A DNA stretch of 64,000 nt. Source: Octopus sinensis. Its lineage: Eukaryota. This document shows positions 38,583-51,163 of this stretch, one piece after another (position 1 is the first letter of the stretch; each line of letters starts with the position of its first letter). The stretch is from contig NC_043011.1 in the NCBI RefSeq assembly GCF_006345805.1, forward strand, positions 37,522,464-37,586,463, in the 5' to 3' direction. A program made the position numbers and the translations under genes. Below the pieces are notes generated by a model. That model made no database searches and had not been told where the DNA came from. It saw only the letters and a list, made by a program, of their open reading frames with translations.

Positions 38583-39307
38583 GGTATATAACATTATATG
38601 CATGTATCCCTTTATATTCTCAAATCTAACAGATCGTCTAATAAACAAGAATGAAATACATACTTTGGTGTAAACATTGAACTAGATATAAGCGATCTGT
38701 GGAGCGTGGCTACAATTGGTTGGTTGAAATCCTTTACATATTTATATGTTTAAACCTAATTTATACATATCAACGTAATATACTTACATGATTCACTGTT
38801 TTGCAGTATTCCCTTAAACTTGATACTATATTTATCTAATATAAAATATTCCGAATTATTGAGCATTTTCTAATAAATCCACTCTTTTATACGCATTCAT
38901 ATGTACATTGAAAACCACATGTATCTATTATATATTATTTACAATGTGGTTGCAAGTCTACTTTGAATTCTCGTTAATTCTGTCATCTCTCAGATGATCA
39001 GTTTAAGGAGTTTTATAGCTTCAGAAATATATAATTCCCTGAACATGATACATAGAGTAGAATCAAAACTCTTCAAATCCTGTTCCACTTTACATATAGA
39101 CAGTAATGTATCCCGAAGAAATTAAATTTGAATATCTCATTCAATCATTTTCTGATAAATATCTCGTAATATTTATTTCTTGTTGCTTAGATGAGTAAAG
39201 ACGTCCAGTGCGAAGTATATTTGCATCTGTAAATCCTGTTGCGGTTTTCAGTGCGTTTAATAGCCTCACAGACAAGGTTTTATTTTAACTCAAATTCATG
39301 TATAAAC
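37303..39307. repeat. Long inverted repeat: ~470-bp arms (37303-37767 and 38834-39307) around a ~1.07-kb spacer
   Basis: Arms align by eye at roughly 90% or more, with a ~9-bp indel. Example: CCTTGTCTGTGAGGCTATTAAACGCACTGAA versus TTCAGTGCGTTTAATAGCCTCACAGACAAGG. Confidence 0.92.
38110..38430 (+). mobile_element. SINE family C variant, degenerate
   Basis: TTCACGTTGCTCCAATCCACTCAGCTG body and GGATCAACTGGAATCCTCGTCGTCGTAACCGAC tail shared with the 43270 and 53545 copies. Confidence 0.75.
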
Positions 39308-39348
39308 GTTGCGTTTTCATATCAAATAATATATAGGATGTGAAATAT

Positions 39349-39385
<37 letters not shown>

Positions 39386-39509
39386 GTATACATATATATT
39401 TGTGTGTTGGCGTATGTGTGCCTGTATATGTTTATGTCGTGAAACAATATATAAATACTATTCATATAGACACAGGCAAACATACATATATACATACATC
39501 ATAACACAC

Positions 39510-39551
<42 letters not shown>

Positions 39552-39575
39552 GTGTGTGTGTGTGTGTGTGTGTAT

Positions 39576-39632
<57 letters not shown>

Positions 39633-39740
39633 TGTATGTATATGTATATATATATATTCTGTAAAAAAATAATGATAGTATTTCATAGGCTTAAAGCGAT
39701 CACTGCGCAATGAATAAAGAAATAGTCTAATAATGGGGCA

Positions 39741-39818
39741 TGCAAGCCACGCGTGGGACTTGAAACCACATCTCGTTGTTTACACGAATAATTGTGCTAT
39801 CGATTACACTAGCGAACC
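39741..39818 (-). pseudogene. tRNA-like sequence (pseudogene or SINE head)
   Basis: Minus strand reads GGTTCGCTAGTGTAATCGATAGCAC...GGTTTCAAGTCCCACGCGTGG, homologous to 40037-40114. Confidence 0.5.
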
Positions 39819-40036
39819 AAACTACTGTTATCCGTCAGATTTAAGAATTATAGTTAGTTCGTAGTCGTGTTTGTAAGCAAACTTTCATGTCCTTTCATTG
39901 TGATGGGTTTGTGAAGCAGTGTCGATTGTTGCAATTCTGTAAATAATAATAATTTCTGAAAGCCCATGAAAGTGTGTTTACAAAAACAAACACGAACTAA
40001 TAATAACTCTTAAATAAGATAGCAAAACACCATGTT

Positions 40037-40114
40037 GTTTCGCTGGTGTAATCGGTAGCACACGTCGCGCCTAAATCTGACATGTGGGTTCGAGTTCCAC
40101 GCATGCGGGGAAAC
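40037..40114 (+). pseudogene. tRNA-like sequence, Val-like ends (pseudogene or SINE head)
   Basis: GTTTC...GAAAC termini, A box TGGTGTAATCGG and B box GGTTCGAGTTCC. The anticodon arm is degenerate. Confidence 0.5.
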
Positions 40115-40165
40115 CTATTATTTTTTACTGTTGAGGGGGTTATATGCCCTATTATTAGATCATTT

Positions 40166-40598
40166 GGATCTCATAGGTTTGAACGGCAGTTTTTAACATA
40201 ATTTCTAGGTAACTAAAAAATTTTAAACTTCGTATACTGGTAGAATGTGTTTATAAAACATCTCTTTCTCTTGGCTTTATTGAGAAAATTATATAGTTTG
40301 TAAGATATTTGTTGTTTATTTTTCTTTAATTTCTGCAAATTCAATCAATCAGTGACGTCTATTGAGTTGAAAAGCATTCTTGCCGTATGAATATGTCCCT
40401 CGTTTAAGAAACAGATTGGGTTTATTTACATTTTTGAAGAAAAAAAAAGATACCCTTCCCCACCCCTAACCCTAACTAACACTAACCCTAACCCTAAAAG
40501 AGATTGAAATGCAATAGATCGATTCTAGGGTCATAATTATGGGTGACAATTTCATATGACACCGCTAGAAAAAACTGCCGTTCAAACCGAGAAGATCC
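40166..40598. mobile_element. Non-autonomous TIR element with internal (CCCTAA)n
   Basis: TIRs GGATCTCATAGGTTTGAACGGCAGTTTTT (40166-40194) and AAAAAACTGCCGTTCAAACCGAGAAGATCC (40569-40598). Flanks GATCATTT and GATTATTT match at 7/8, suggesting an 8-bp TSD. CCCTAA repeats at 40464-40497. Confidence 0.8.
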
Positions 40599-40819
40599 GA
40601 TTATTTTCTTTAGTCATACCGCGGAGATCGCTTTAAGATTATAAAATACTAATATCATTATTTACAGAATTGTAAAATTCGAAACTGCTTAAAAAGATCA
40701 TCACACACAAACATATGCATATATATATATGAGAATATCATAATCAAACTTACGACTGCGAATTGAGAGACATTTCATCATACTGGGCAAAGTTTATTTG
40801 CATTTTTTAAATATAAGTA

Positions 40820-41030
40820 TAGTGGGCGTGCGGAATCGTTTGCACGCCGTACAAAATGTTTAGCGTCACTTCGTCCATATTTACATTCTGAGTTCAAATT
40901 CCACCGAGTTCGATTTTGCCTTTCATCCTTTCGGCGTCGATAAAATAAGAACCAGTTGATCACGGACATTGATATAAGTGTTTTATCCCATTCCGACCCA
41001 AAAATTTGTGCCAAAACTTGAAACTGATAA
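40820..41030 (+). mobile_element. SINE family B
   Basis: GAATCGTTTGCACGCC head, GAGTTCAAATTCC B box, GCCTTTCATCCTTTCGG core. Confidence 0.8.
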
Positions 41031-43269
41031 TTAACACAAGCGTCTAATTACTTACTGATCTTAATTTCGCACATCCGTTGCAAATATATCACTAACTTTG
41101 AAATGGACATTAGTTTACATATACTGACCCTTCCCTTGAAATCGCGGGCCATGTACCACAATTTGAAACCAATATTATGACCAAATATCTATTAATTAAT
41201 AATCTAATTTCGCACATTTTTGTTAATATTCTGACTCCGAGATAGGTATTTTATTTACATATACCAAGACATTTGTAAATGACAACGATTGTATATAGAT
41301 AACAGTATTTCATATAAGAGTGGGAGGAAACAATTCTGATATAATTATCTGTGATACAATTATCCATGATGGTGGTATGTATTTTATATATCACTTACAA
41401 ACAACGCTCCCATTGTCTTCAGAAATGATGGGAATTTTTTGACAAATTCTGTAATCCTAGCACGTCTGGCACAATTAGGGAAAAGAAATATCTTTTAGAA
41501 TTATCACTAGCGTAGTAATCAATATAAGCAAAGCAAAATATCCTGAATCTCACTTTAATTCAACTAAGTACTTGTGAAGAAACTGAAGCATGTAACAAAA
41601 TAATTAAAAATCCTAGTAACTGTATTATTCAGTGAGAGAAGCTTATTTTTCTTAGATCATCAAAATAATTTGTCAATGAGTTAAGTCATACTCTCATAAT
41701 GAGTCTTTCAAGTAATGAAGATCTGCAAGTAGTTTTAAGCAGAAAATCTGATATATAAAACATATAGATTATACACTCTCTTGCCACTAATATAACAACT
41801 GGAAAAGAAATATTAATCAATATAATTCTTGTTTCACTAGAACTTTAATCACACCAGAAGTTAAATATCTTATGTCAAATTACTCGAGTAATGTTCCAGT
41901 TAGATCCTTCGGTGTTTAGATCCTACTTTATATAGCTGTATGTGATTTGCTTCGGGAACATTTCAAATAGATAATTATTTCACAACGAGTGAGATATCTT
42001 TACAATATTAATACTAAATTCACTCAAACTAAAAACAGTTACATGCCTGTAAGGTGTTGTAGATACACCTATTTAACACTAATTACTTATTGCTTATTGT
42101 TGAAATATTGTAGATATTCATTTATTTCTTGAAATATTATAGACTATGAGGTGTTGATGACTTAGGAGCTAACACCGTTTTTGCAATGGCTATGCATATA
42201 CACTCAATGCTATATAATTCATATCTTTACGAAAATCGGAATATTTATTGAGGCTTCTGTAAATTACTTTTAACACTGCCTTCATTCTTAACAGGAAAAT
42301 TACTTTTTTACTATATTGACTAACTGAGATGAAATATTTGACTTTCATGTAATTGCTTTCACTAAGCGTTTGTTCATGAACGAAACGACACCAAAACAGT
42401 TACTCAGTACTACTTGGCTGTTTTTAATGGTAATCTGACAGGTAATTTGACGTTTATACATTCATATATTACCGATTATTTTCATGCGGTTATAACTTTA
42501 TCCCGATGTCGGATTCGCTGAAAAAAAAAAACACTTTGAGAATTATTACTTCTTATGAAATGATGAATTTTTATTCTCGTTGTGAAGACGCGTGGCTAAG
42601 TGTTTAGGGTTTTGCACTCACGGTCTAGCGAGGTTGTGTTCTTCAGCAAAACACTTTATTTCACGTAAGTAGGTAACCCTGCAACGGACTAGCCTTCTAG
42701 TAGGGGAGTATGTTTGTCCACTCGCAAAGCCTGCAAGGTGGACATCATTCGAAAGATAAAATGATGGAAAACGCATTGTAACCACCGATAAATAACAACA
42801 TCGACCGCCTGGTCCATCACGTGATCACGTAAAATTAAACCTCTTTTATATATGAGAATTCTATTGTAAGTTGGAGTTAATGAGGAAAAAATAACGTGAT
42901 ATTAGATATTTATTGAGTCTTGGAAGACATACATTTTTGCAGTAAAGGCGCCTTTTTTTTAACGTGCTTGCTACATTGCAGGGTTAATATCCAAAAGTAT
43001 GTTGGATATTTTTCTATCGATATGATTAGAATCAGTGTCATTATATTTGAATAATGGCTAGGGATGTACTTAATCAGAAACGCAGGCACGCACACACTCA
43101 CACGCACTCACAAGCACACACACACACGTACATATGTGTACATATGTGTCTTAATTAGAACCAGCACCACCTAAAAATATACTTTCGAATGACGATGCAT
43201 ATATACACATGTGTATAAGTATATAAGCATACATATATATATGTATGTGTATGTGTGCGCGCGCGCTCG

Positions 43270-43580
43270 TGAAGGTGCGTGGATCAGTGGTTTGGATACT
43301 CAGTTCACAAACCTAAGGTTGCGAGTTCAGTTCCTGGCGAAGCGTTGTGTCCCTGAGCAAGATACTATATTTTCACATTGTTCCAGTCCACTCAGCTGCC
43401 AAAAATGTATTTCAAAGGGCCAGCCCTGTCACATTCCGTGCCACGCTGACTCTCCCATAGAACTGCTTTAAGGGTACGTGTGTCTGTGAAGTGCTCAACC
43501 ACCTGCACGTTAATTTCACCAGCAGGCTGTTCCATTGATCGGATCAATTGAGACCCTCACCGTCATAACCGACGGACCGT
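43270..43580 (+). mobile_element. SINE family C variant
   Basis: GGATCAGTGG, GAGTTCAGTTCC, CCTGAGCAAGATACT, GTTCCAGTCCACTCAGCTG, ending GTCATAACCGACGGA. Confidence 0.78.
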
Positions 43581-43583
43581 TCC

Positions 43584-43636
<53 letters not shown>

Positions 43637-43730
43637 ATACATTATGTGCTTGTATGTATGTATATGTATATATATATATACATACATATATATATATATG
43701 TGTGTGTGTGTGTATATATATGTATGTCCA

Positions 43731-43933
43731 ATCAAAATAAACAACAAGGATATCCAGAAGTAATGCAGTACGATCGTTTTACGCAAGTACATTTAATTGA
43801 ACAATGCAATCATTACATCAATTTAAATGCTCTGCATTTAAATTATAGTAATGTTTGTATTGTTAAATTAAATGGAGTTGCGTAAAACGATCGTACTGCA
43901 TTACTTCTGGATATCCTCGTTTCGTATTTTGAT
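43731..43933. repeat. ~200-bp near-perfect palindrome (foldback/MITE-like), centred on 43832
   Basis: 43747-43786 and 43878-43917 are perfect 40-bp inverted repeats. Pairing continues imperfectly outward and inward to a 3-nt TCT loop. Confidence 0.92.
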
Positions 43934-44024
43934 TCTAATCATCTTATTTTGAGATTGTATGGATAATACCATACTAAATTCTGGTGCGTCAATGTAAGTA
44001 TCATATTCATCTGAATCTAATTTT

Positions 44025-44195
44025 TTGCTTCGTTCTCACTCTATAATTCCTCTTATTCGTTTCTCTTCAAGAGCGTAAGCTCGAAACGTAAAAGTATTTT
44101 TCATATTTCCCGCGCATCAAACTGATAGACTTGTTTATTGTTCACAGACTTGTCTTTGTCTGTTGTTTTTCTGTAAATTTCAATCATTTATATAT
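44025..44195 (+). mobile_element. pLTR-like repeat with a degenerate hammerhead motif (44060-44093)
   Basis: TTT-CTCTTCA-A-GAGC-GTAA-GCTC-GAAA-CG-TA-AAA. Stems are present but the core is degenerate. Same family as 44975-45165. Confidence 0.55.
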
Positions 44196-44974
44196 GTTTG
44201 TGTATATGTGTGTGTATCTGTATCAGAGACGACTCCAGGTCATCAACGTCGCTTGAGCTCATCACGTTACATGCCTGCTCGAAGATGTTCCCTTTTTCCG
44301 CTTTATTTGTAGCCCCGAATAGTTTTTTTTTATATCTATCACTATGTATTTCTGTATTTCTAAGTTATGGTAAAAATAAAGCAACCTTGCAAGACACCAC
44401 TTATCTTTACACAAAAACGTACAAAATAACAACAATGAAATAACGACAGCGGATTGTATAACAAACATCAGCAGTTTCACTGACGCTTATGCGCTTCACA
44501 AGAGATGCCAGTTCGTCTTTTACACCTACCAGGCTCGCTTTATTAGCCCGGGTTGCTGCATAATTTTTCGTTCCTTTAAGAATATTGTAGAAAAGAAATT
44601 TTTCATTGATATATTTATTGTTTCAAGAAAATATTAAATTTGAATTACTTTTAATTTTTACGATTATAGGTAGCACCTCGGTCTCTAACGTCTGAGGCCT
44701 AGTCCGCCGCATGTGAACGATATTGAGAGAACGTCTGCTGCGAATGATATTTTTTGACACAGGGCATATCTAAGACAAAAACCAGACGCTGAACGAAAAT
44801 AAATGAACTGCGACCAGGTTCAATATCAGGAGCCCGAGTAATTGGATGCAATTACATACCTTAAGTCAGTGTTGAAATTAAATTAGCTTGCAAATAGACG
44901 TTCACTTTACTAAATTTATATTTGGGCTAAGTCCGAACAGCCCAACTGCCGCCGTCGCCACTGATATATATATA

Positions 44975-45165
44975 TATAGGGAGAGTTTAAAAAAACAAAA
45001 GACAAAGACAGGTGGTTTACAAAGCAAACAGATATATTAGTATAACGCTCAGTAATAGAAAAAGTCTTTTACGTTTCGAGCCTTCGCTCTTCTACAGAAA
45101 GGGACACAGAAAAAACAATGAGAGAAACAAGGAGAGAGAAAATGTTTGTAGTGGCTAACGATGGG
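44975..45165 (-). mobile_element. pLTR-like repeat with a variant hammerhead motif (45066-45101)
   Basis: Minus strand reads CTTT-CTGTAGA-A-GAGC-GAAG-GCTC-GAAA-CG-TA-AAAG. The core CUGUAGA differs from CUGANGA at A6. Confidence 0.6.
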
Positions 45166-47717
45166 TGTGTGTGTGTATGTGTGTGTGCGTGTGTTTGTGT
45201 GTGTATGTGTATTTATTATTAATTTATGTATTTATGCATGTATTCTATGTAAACACCTAAAGATTATATTATTTAGAAGTATGCATTTTTGGTTTTTACT
45301 TTTTACTTTTGCGTTTCGAATCTTCCTATAGTAGCATCCTGTGTCATACCTGATGCCCCTTATATCTTCTCTCCGAACCTCTCCTTTTTACACCTACTCT
45401 CTCTCTTTCTCTCCTCTACTTTCCATTTATCCAAAATATACATATATTCTCTCCTTATCAACGTTGGGGAAACTGATGTCATAATGTCTCTATTCAATTT
45501 ACTAATACATATTCAATAATGAATAAAAAAAATCAAACAAAAAGTGATTGTTTCTCACTTCACTTTCATATTAACAATAATCGTAATAAAAATCAGCATT
45601 ATTTTTATCATGACCATCGTAATGATGTCTCTCTCATAATATTAATAATAATCATCTAGACTACCAGCTCCATTAACAAAATTAATATCGCCATCATTAT
45701 CATCATTAGTGTCTTCAGCAAGCCTATCGTCACCACCATCCCATCACCACTGTAAACATGTCTATTTTTGGTGTTGTTTTGTATTGTAAGTAATTATTAT
45801 TGCGCTAGTTATTATCGTTATTATTTATATTTATCAGTAGTAAACGTGATTTTCGAGTAATGCGAAAGACGCATTAATTTACAAATTGGATTGTTATTTT
45901 ATTTTATACAAGTGAACCTATTTTTGTGCTGCTGTTTTATTCTGTTCGTCTGGTAGAGAGAGAAAAGAGACTTAACTTTCGATTTTTTTTCTCTTCATGG
46001 TGTTTGCTGTCTGTCTATTTAAAAAACAATTGCAGACATGTCATTTAGTGAGCAGGCAAAAGGAATTATACCGTCGCCGCATTGGTGGCCAAACGTAGGT
46101 TTCCTAAAATAAATCAGGCTGACTTAAGCAAAATCAAAATAGAAAGGAGAAAAAATATATTTGCGTAAGTAAAGGAAATGCCAGTTGGAAATACAGACTC
46201 CGATGCCAAAAAAATAAAATAAAATAAGAACAATTGCGATATACAAGTTAATGTTTTCAAAATTGCTTTGCTAGCATAGTTAGCCAAAAAGAAAGACTGG
46301 ATACTGACCGACTCACAAAAGAAAGAATAACGTAAAAAATCTGTAATACAAGCAACCTTTTTTTTTTTTCTTTTCTGCTGAATGTATTTAAATTGCAAGC
46401 TATCAGAATAGAATTGACTGGGTTTAGCCAATCAGTAGCTATAGAAACACTAGATTAGAAAGGTAACTCGGTAGACGAAGAAGTGCCGTAGAAGGTATCC
46501 AACCAGCTCTATAACGCAAAACTTCAAATTACGTATTCCAAAACACTTGGGACCAAACGCCGTTCTCTGGATCCAGTTAGTGGGCATGATTTATAAAAAA
46601 AATCGAATAGGTTACTAAACCTATGAATGAATGATATTCGATTCTAAGCATTTGAATGCAGCTTTCCAGCGGTATTTTACTAATCTGTTCGATTGTCACT
46701 AGGACTGAAATTGGTAGGCATCAATACATATTTATAAAGATTTTAATATTTTCGCCTAGATGCTCACAAAGCGGCATGCATTTGTAAACGATAAAATGTG
46801 AGAAACGTACCTTCTTATGCATTCCTGGGGAGATCTAACCAAGAAATCAACTACTTCAAACGATATACCTAACTGATTGCAAGAAATAAACCTCTCATCC
46901 GTGGTTGGATTAGTGGCGGTCAATTCCAATATTTACAAGCAATATGTCAAAGCTTCGTGAGGGCAGTTGGCTTCGATACAATTTGTAGAGGGCAAATGTC
47001 GTATGTGGAACGGCTGATATCTTTCTCGAATGTATCAAACAACAAACTCGATCCGGTGAGAATGTCATTTCCCAACGCAACAGAAAGTCTTGCCTCTTCA
47101 TTCATTACTATGGAAGCTAGAGGCTTTGGAATAATCTAAGGATTTCAATATCATTGTCTTTGTACACATAAAAAAATGAAAAATTTGACGCTAAATGGAA
47201 GAGGTTCCTACCTCAGGAGGAGAGTTTTTAAACAGAGCGAAAATGTGATTGAGTATCTTCTCACATTAAGAGTTGAGTCTACCTTTGATGACAATGATAT
47301 AAACTGTGTTGTGTTTTACTCGAACGATGATATTGTTCAATGTTTTATTTTTTTGTTTCTTCTTGAGGTATGGTTTGGTCCAGAAATTCTAAGAAATTGG
47401 TATTGAGATGAAATTAAGAGTTACAGGATCTATAATCAATTGCATTCTGAAGTTGTTTGTTCTTCGTTTTCAAGATATGGAGGAAAACATTATTCATTGT
47501 TCTCCTCCCACACACTCACAAATACAGACACACAAACATACATACACACATGCACATATACGCACATATTCATATATATATACATATATACATATATACA
47601 TATATATATATACATATATGCATACATATATATATACATATGTATGTATGTGTGTATATATATATCCCATATATACATATATACATATATACATACATAC
47701 ATATATATATACATATG

Positions 47718-47759
<42 letters not shown>

Positions 47760-47810
47760 CATATATATATATACATATGTATGTATGTGTATATATATAT
47801 ATAATATATG

Positions 47811-47883
<73 letters not shown>

Positions 47884-48380
47884 ATATGTATTTATAGAAG
47901 TGGGGTCTTCGCTACAATTTCTAGTTTATGACAAAATTTTGATTAATTAGCCTTGTAGATGTCAGACATTGATAGCAACATCAAACGCTGAGGAATAGAA
48001 ATTCTTAATCAGTTTCGAAGAGAGTATGTTAGGTCATATCCCATTCCCGTTTGGTGAGATAAAGTTTTTGAATGCGAAAAACTTTATCTCTCTGACTGCA
48101 ACAATGCGACACATTTCTTCAAAATCTCTGCACTAGAACTTACCTTACAGACATGATTGCATTAAATATACTGGCGTTGATGATTAATCATTATGTTTTG
48201 AGTGTAAACATATATAAATTACGTTTTGTAAACAGCCGTCACCCCTTGGATTTGCAACTAATCAGTCATATTAAAGAGTGGAGAGACTGAAGTCATATAA
48301 CAAACATTAGATGGCTGCCATTTCTGACTTATACGTTTGCTCATCATAGCTTACCTCTCGTTCATTTTCTTCAGTTTTTT

Positions 48381-48442
48381 TTTCAATTATCCATTTTTTC
48401 TGATTTCTCGTTTCTTTCAGACAATCTGCTAGAATTTCTTAT

Positions 48443-48473
<31 letters not shown>

Positions 48474-48991
48474 AACACACACACACTCAAATATACACAC
48501 ACAAACACACACACACATATATGTATAACATAACGAAGGTGACTATAAAGTAATGGGTGCTCACCTCAATGCCTGATGCATCTGGACACATCTTCAGTGA
48601 TGTACCTAGTATCATCGGGTGTTTCCAGTCTTTCAGCATCATATATCCTCCACAGGTGATCCAACTGTGCCTGATTAGATGCCAGCTTGTGTCCAGATGA
48701 CCAACTATCTACCTTATGGCTCTCCTCTTTTGAGTTAACCATTTTGAGGCCATCTCTGCCGCATCGGTGGCACTACGGATGACCTTCCTCCTTCTCACTC
48801 CCTCGATACCCAAACTACTGAAGAAATTTTTCCATTATCCGTTTTTTTCTGATTTCTCGTTTCTTTCAGACAACCTGCTATAATTTCTTACACACACACA
48901 CACACCACACACACACATATATATATATATACACACACACAAACATACACATATATATATCTATAACATAACGAAGGCGATTATAAAGTAA
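48381..48991 (+). repeat. ~170-bp direct repeats (48381-48553 and 48829-48991) flanking the HERO-like insert
   Basis: Both copies read ATTATCC...TTTTCTGATTTCTCGTTTCTTTCAGACAA-CTGCTA...(CA)n...TATAACATAACGAAGG-GA-TATAAAGTAA. Confidence 0.9.
48554..48828 (-). mobile_element. HERO-like (RLE-type) non-LTR retrotransposon 3' end
   Basis: Minus frame FFSSLGIEGVRRRKVIRSATDAAEMASKWLTQKRR* resembles HERO-type C-termini (recalled). It is followed by a structured 3'UTR closed by a 12-bp IR, CATCTGGACACA/TGTGTCCAGATG. Confidence 0.72.
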
Positions 48992-49810
48992 GTATATAAA
49001 TGTGTGTGTTTGTATGAATGTATGTGTGCGTATATCTATAAATATGTGTGTGTGTGTTTGTATGTATGTACATATATATATATATGTAATATATACATAT
49101 ATGTACGTAGATTTACATTTATGCACACACATACATGCATATATATGCCTCTGTGTCTGTCTGTCTTCATGTGTATACGTGTGTGTGCATGTGTGTGTTT
49201 ATGTCGGTGTGTGTGTGTGTGTGTGTGGTTCCCTGTCCGTATTTCCTACGTACCTCTCTACCTACTTACCTATGTACCTATCTGATAGATACATAGATAC
49301 GACAACCAAGTTGTAGGGGACGGGTAAGATGATCCCATCGACATCAGAACAAAAAACGTGAAGCTCAAAGTTCACGGAAACGTGAGGCTGAAGCTCAGAG
49401 TTGAACACAGTAGGATTTGAACTCAGAATTTGTAGTACAGGAACAAATATGGCAACGACCTCATGATTCTACTCGCCGACTTACATTATACAAGACATAA
49501 CTGATGACCTTGATAATGAAATTCAATTATATACACAGTGCAAATAACCACGCATATACTGAAATATATTAACCAGAGTGCAAGTTAGTAACACTGCGTA
49601 TACACAGATCAAAGAAAAGCTATGTAAGTACAAATATTGTGCACATACAACCGTTTAGACGAGTGCAGGTACGTTTGGCTTTATTCTAAATCATTTCGAC
49701 ACTCGTCATATTCTTTATAGGTATGAGTGTAAATGTGTCCATTTTCCCTGTCTATCTCTCTTACCATACATTTATAAACATGTACACACACAGATATATA
49801 TATAAATATA

Positions 49811-49876
<66 letters not shown>

Positions 49877-50091
49877 ATATATATATGTATGTATCTCTCT
49901 ATATATATGTGTGTATCTCTATATATATGTGTGTCTTTGTGTATGTATGTACGTACGCGGCTGTATTATGTGGATGGTATTGTATGCAAGTATGTGTCTC
50001 TCTCTGTCTATATATATATATTGAAGTATAGAATATTTCACTATATAAGTATGAAATCTCTCTTACTCTCTCTCTCTCTCTCTCTCTCTCC

Positions 50092-50139
<48 letters not shown>

Positions 50140-51074
50140 GCATATATATGCATACGCACATATACACACACACACACACATATATATATATAACCACTCA
50201 GAGACACACCAGTATATACGCATATGTGCATATAAATGCGTGTGTATAAAGATGTATCAATTTCACATGTATTTGTGCGTATATTTCTAATATCTATACA
50301 TGAGTGTCTTTGTGCACGTATGTGTGCAGGTATGTATGTTTTTCTGTATGTATGAAAGTGTATATTTTGTATGTTTATGCATGTTTATATATCAACATCA
50401 TTCTCGTACATTCCAGTACTTGTACAATGGTAATAATCCTACGCGCTCTGCAAAATTCCTTCCAGGGCTTAAAGTAATAATGGTAATAAAATAATAAAAA
50501 AACATAAAAGAATTCTCAGCATTTGCACTTAGAATTTTGTATAAACATTGAACAATCACTATTTTGTGCAGTAGGTAAACAAAGTAAAAATTTGAAAAAA
50601 AGGAATCAGAACAATGTATAAGAAAATAAATAATAAAACGTACATTAAACAACATTCTTGGTAGTTTTATGCTGTACTTGACAATAAAGCAATTTGAAAT
50701 AGTAAGGTTCAACAAGTTTAAAACAGATTTCGAAATAATACGTCGTTTACCTTTGAAAGCTTTATTGAACGTTTGGTTGAATGGATGTATGAATGTATAT
50801 GTTAAAAGTGTGTGTGTGTTTGAATGTACCCATGCATGTAGGCCTGGGTAGATGTATACACGTAAGCATAGATATCTGGCTACATATATTGATGTCTACA
50901 CATATTAATCTATATCTATCTATCTGTTTATGCGTCTGTCTCTCAGCCTATCTGTCTATCTATCTATATGTGTCTACTTATCTATATATCTATTTGTCTG
51001 ACTGTCTGTCTATCTCTCAGTCTCTCTGTGTATATGTGTGTATACGTATGTGTACGTGTGTGTGTCAATAGAGA

Positions 51075-51077
51075 GAC

Positions 51078-51163
<86 letters not shown>

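Noticed and set aside
46885-47139. Open frame with a possible CCG|GTGAGA donor (GWISGGQFQYLQAICQSF...)
   Set aside because: No recognisable domain and a weak acceptor; consistent with chance.
49498-49530. CTGATGA...GAAA spacing similar to a hammerhead
   Set aside because: The intervening sequence cannot form stem II and no stem I partner is present.
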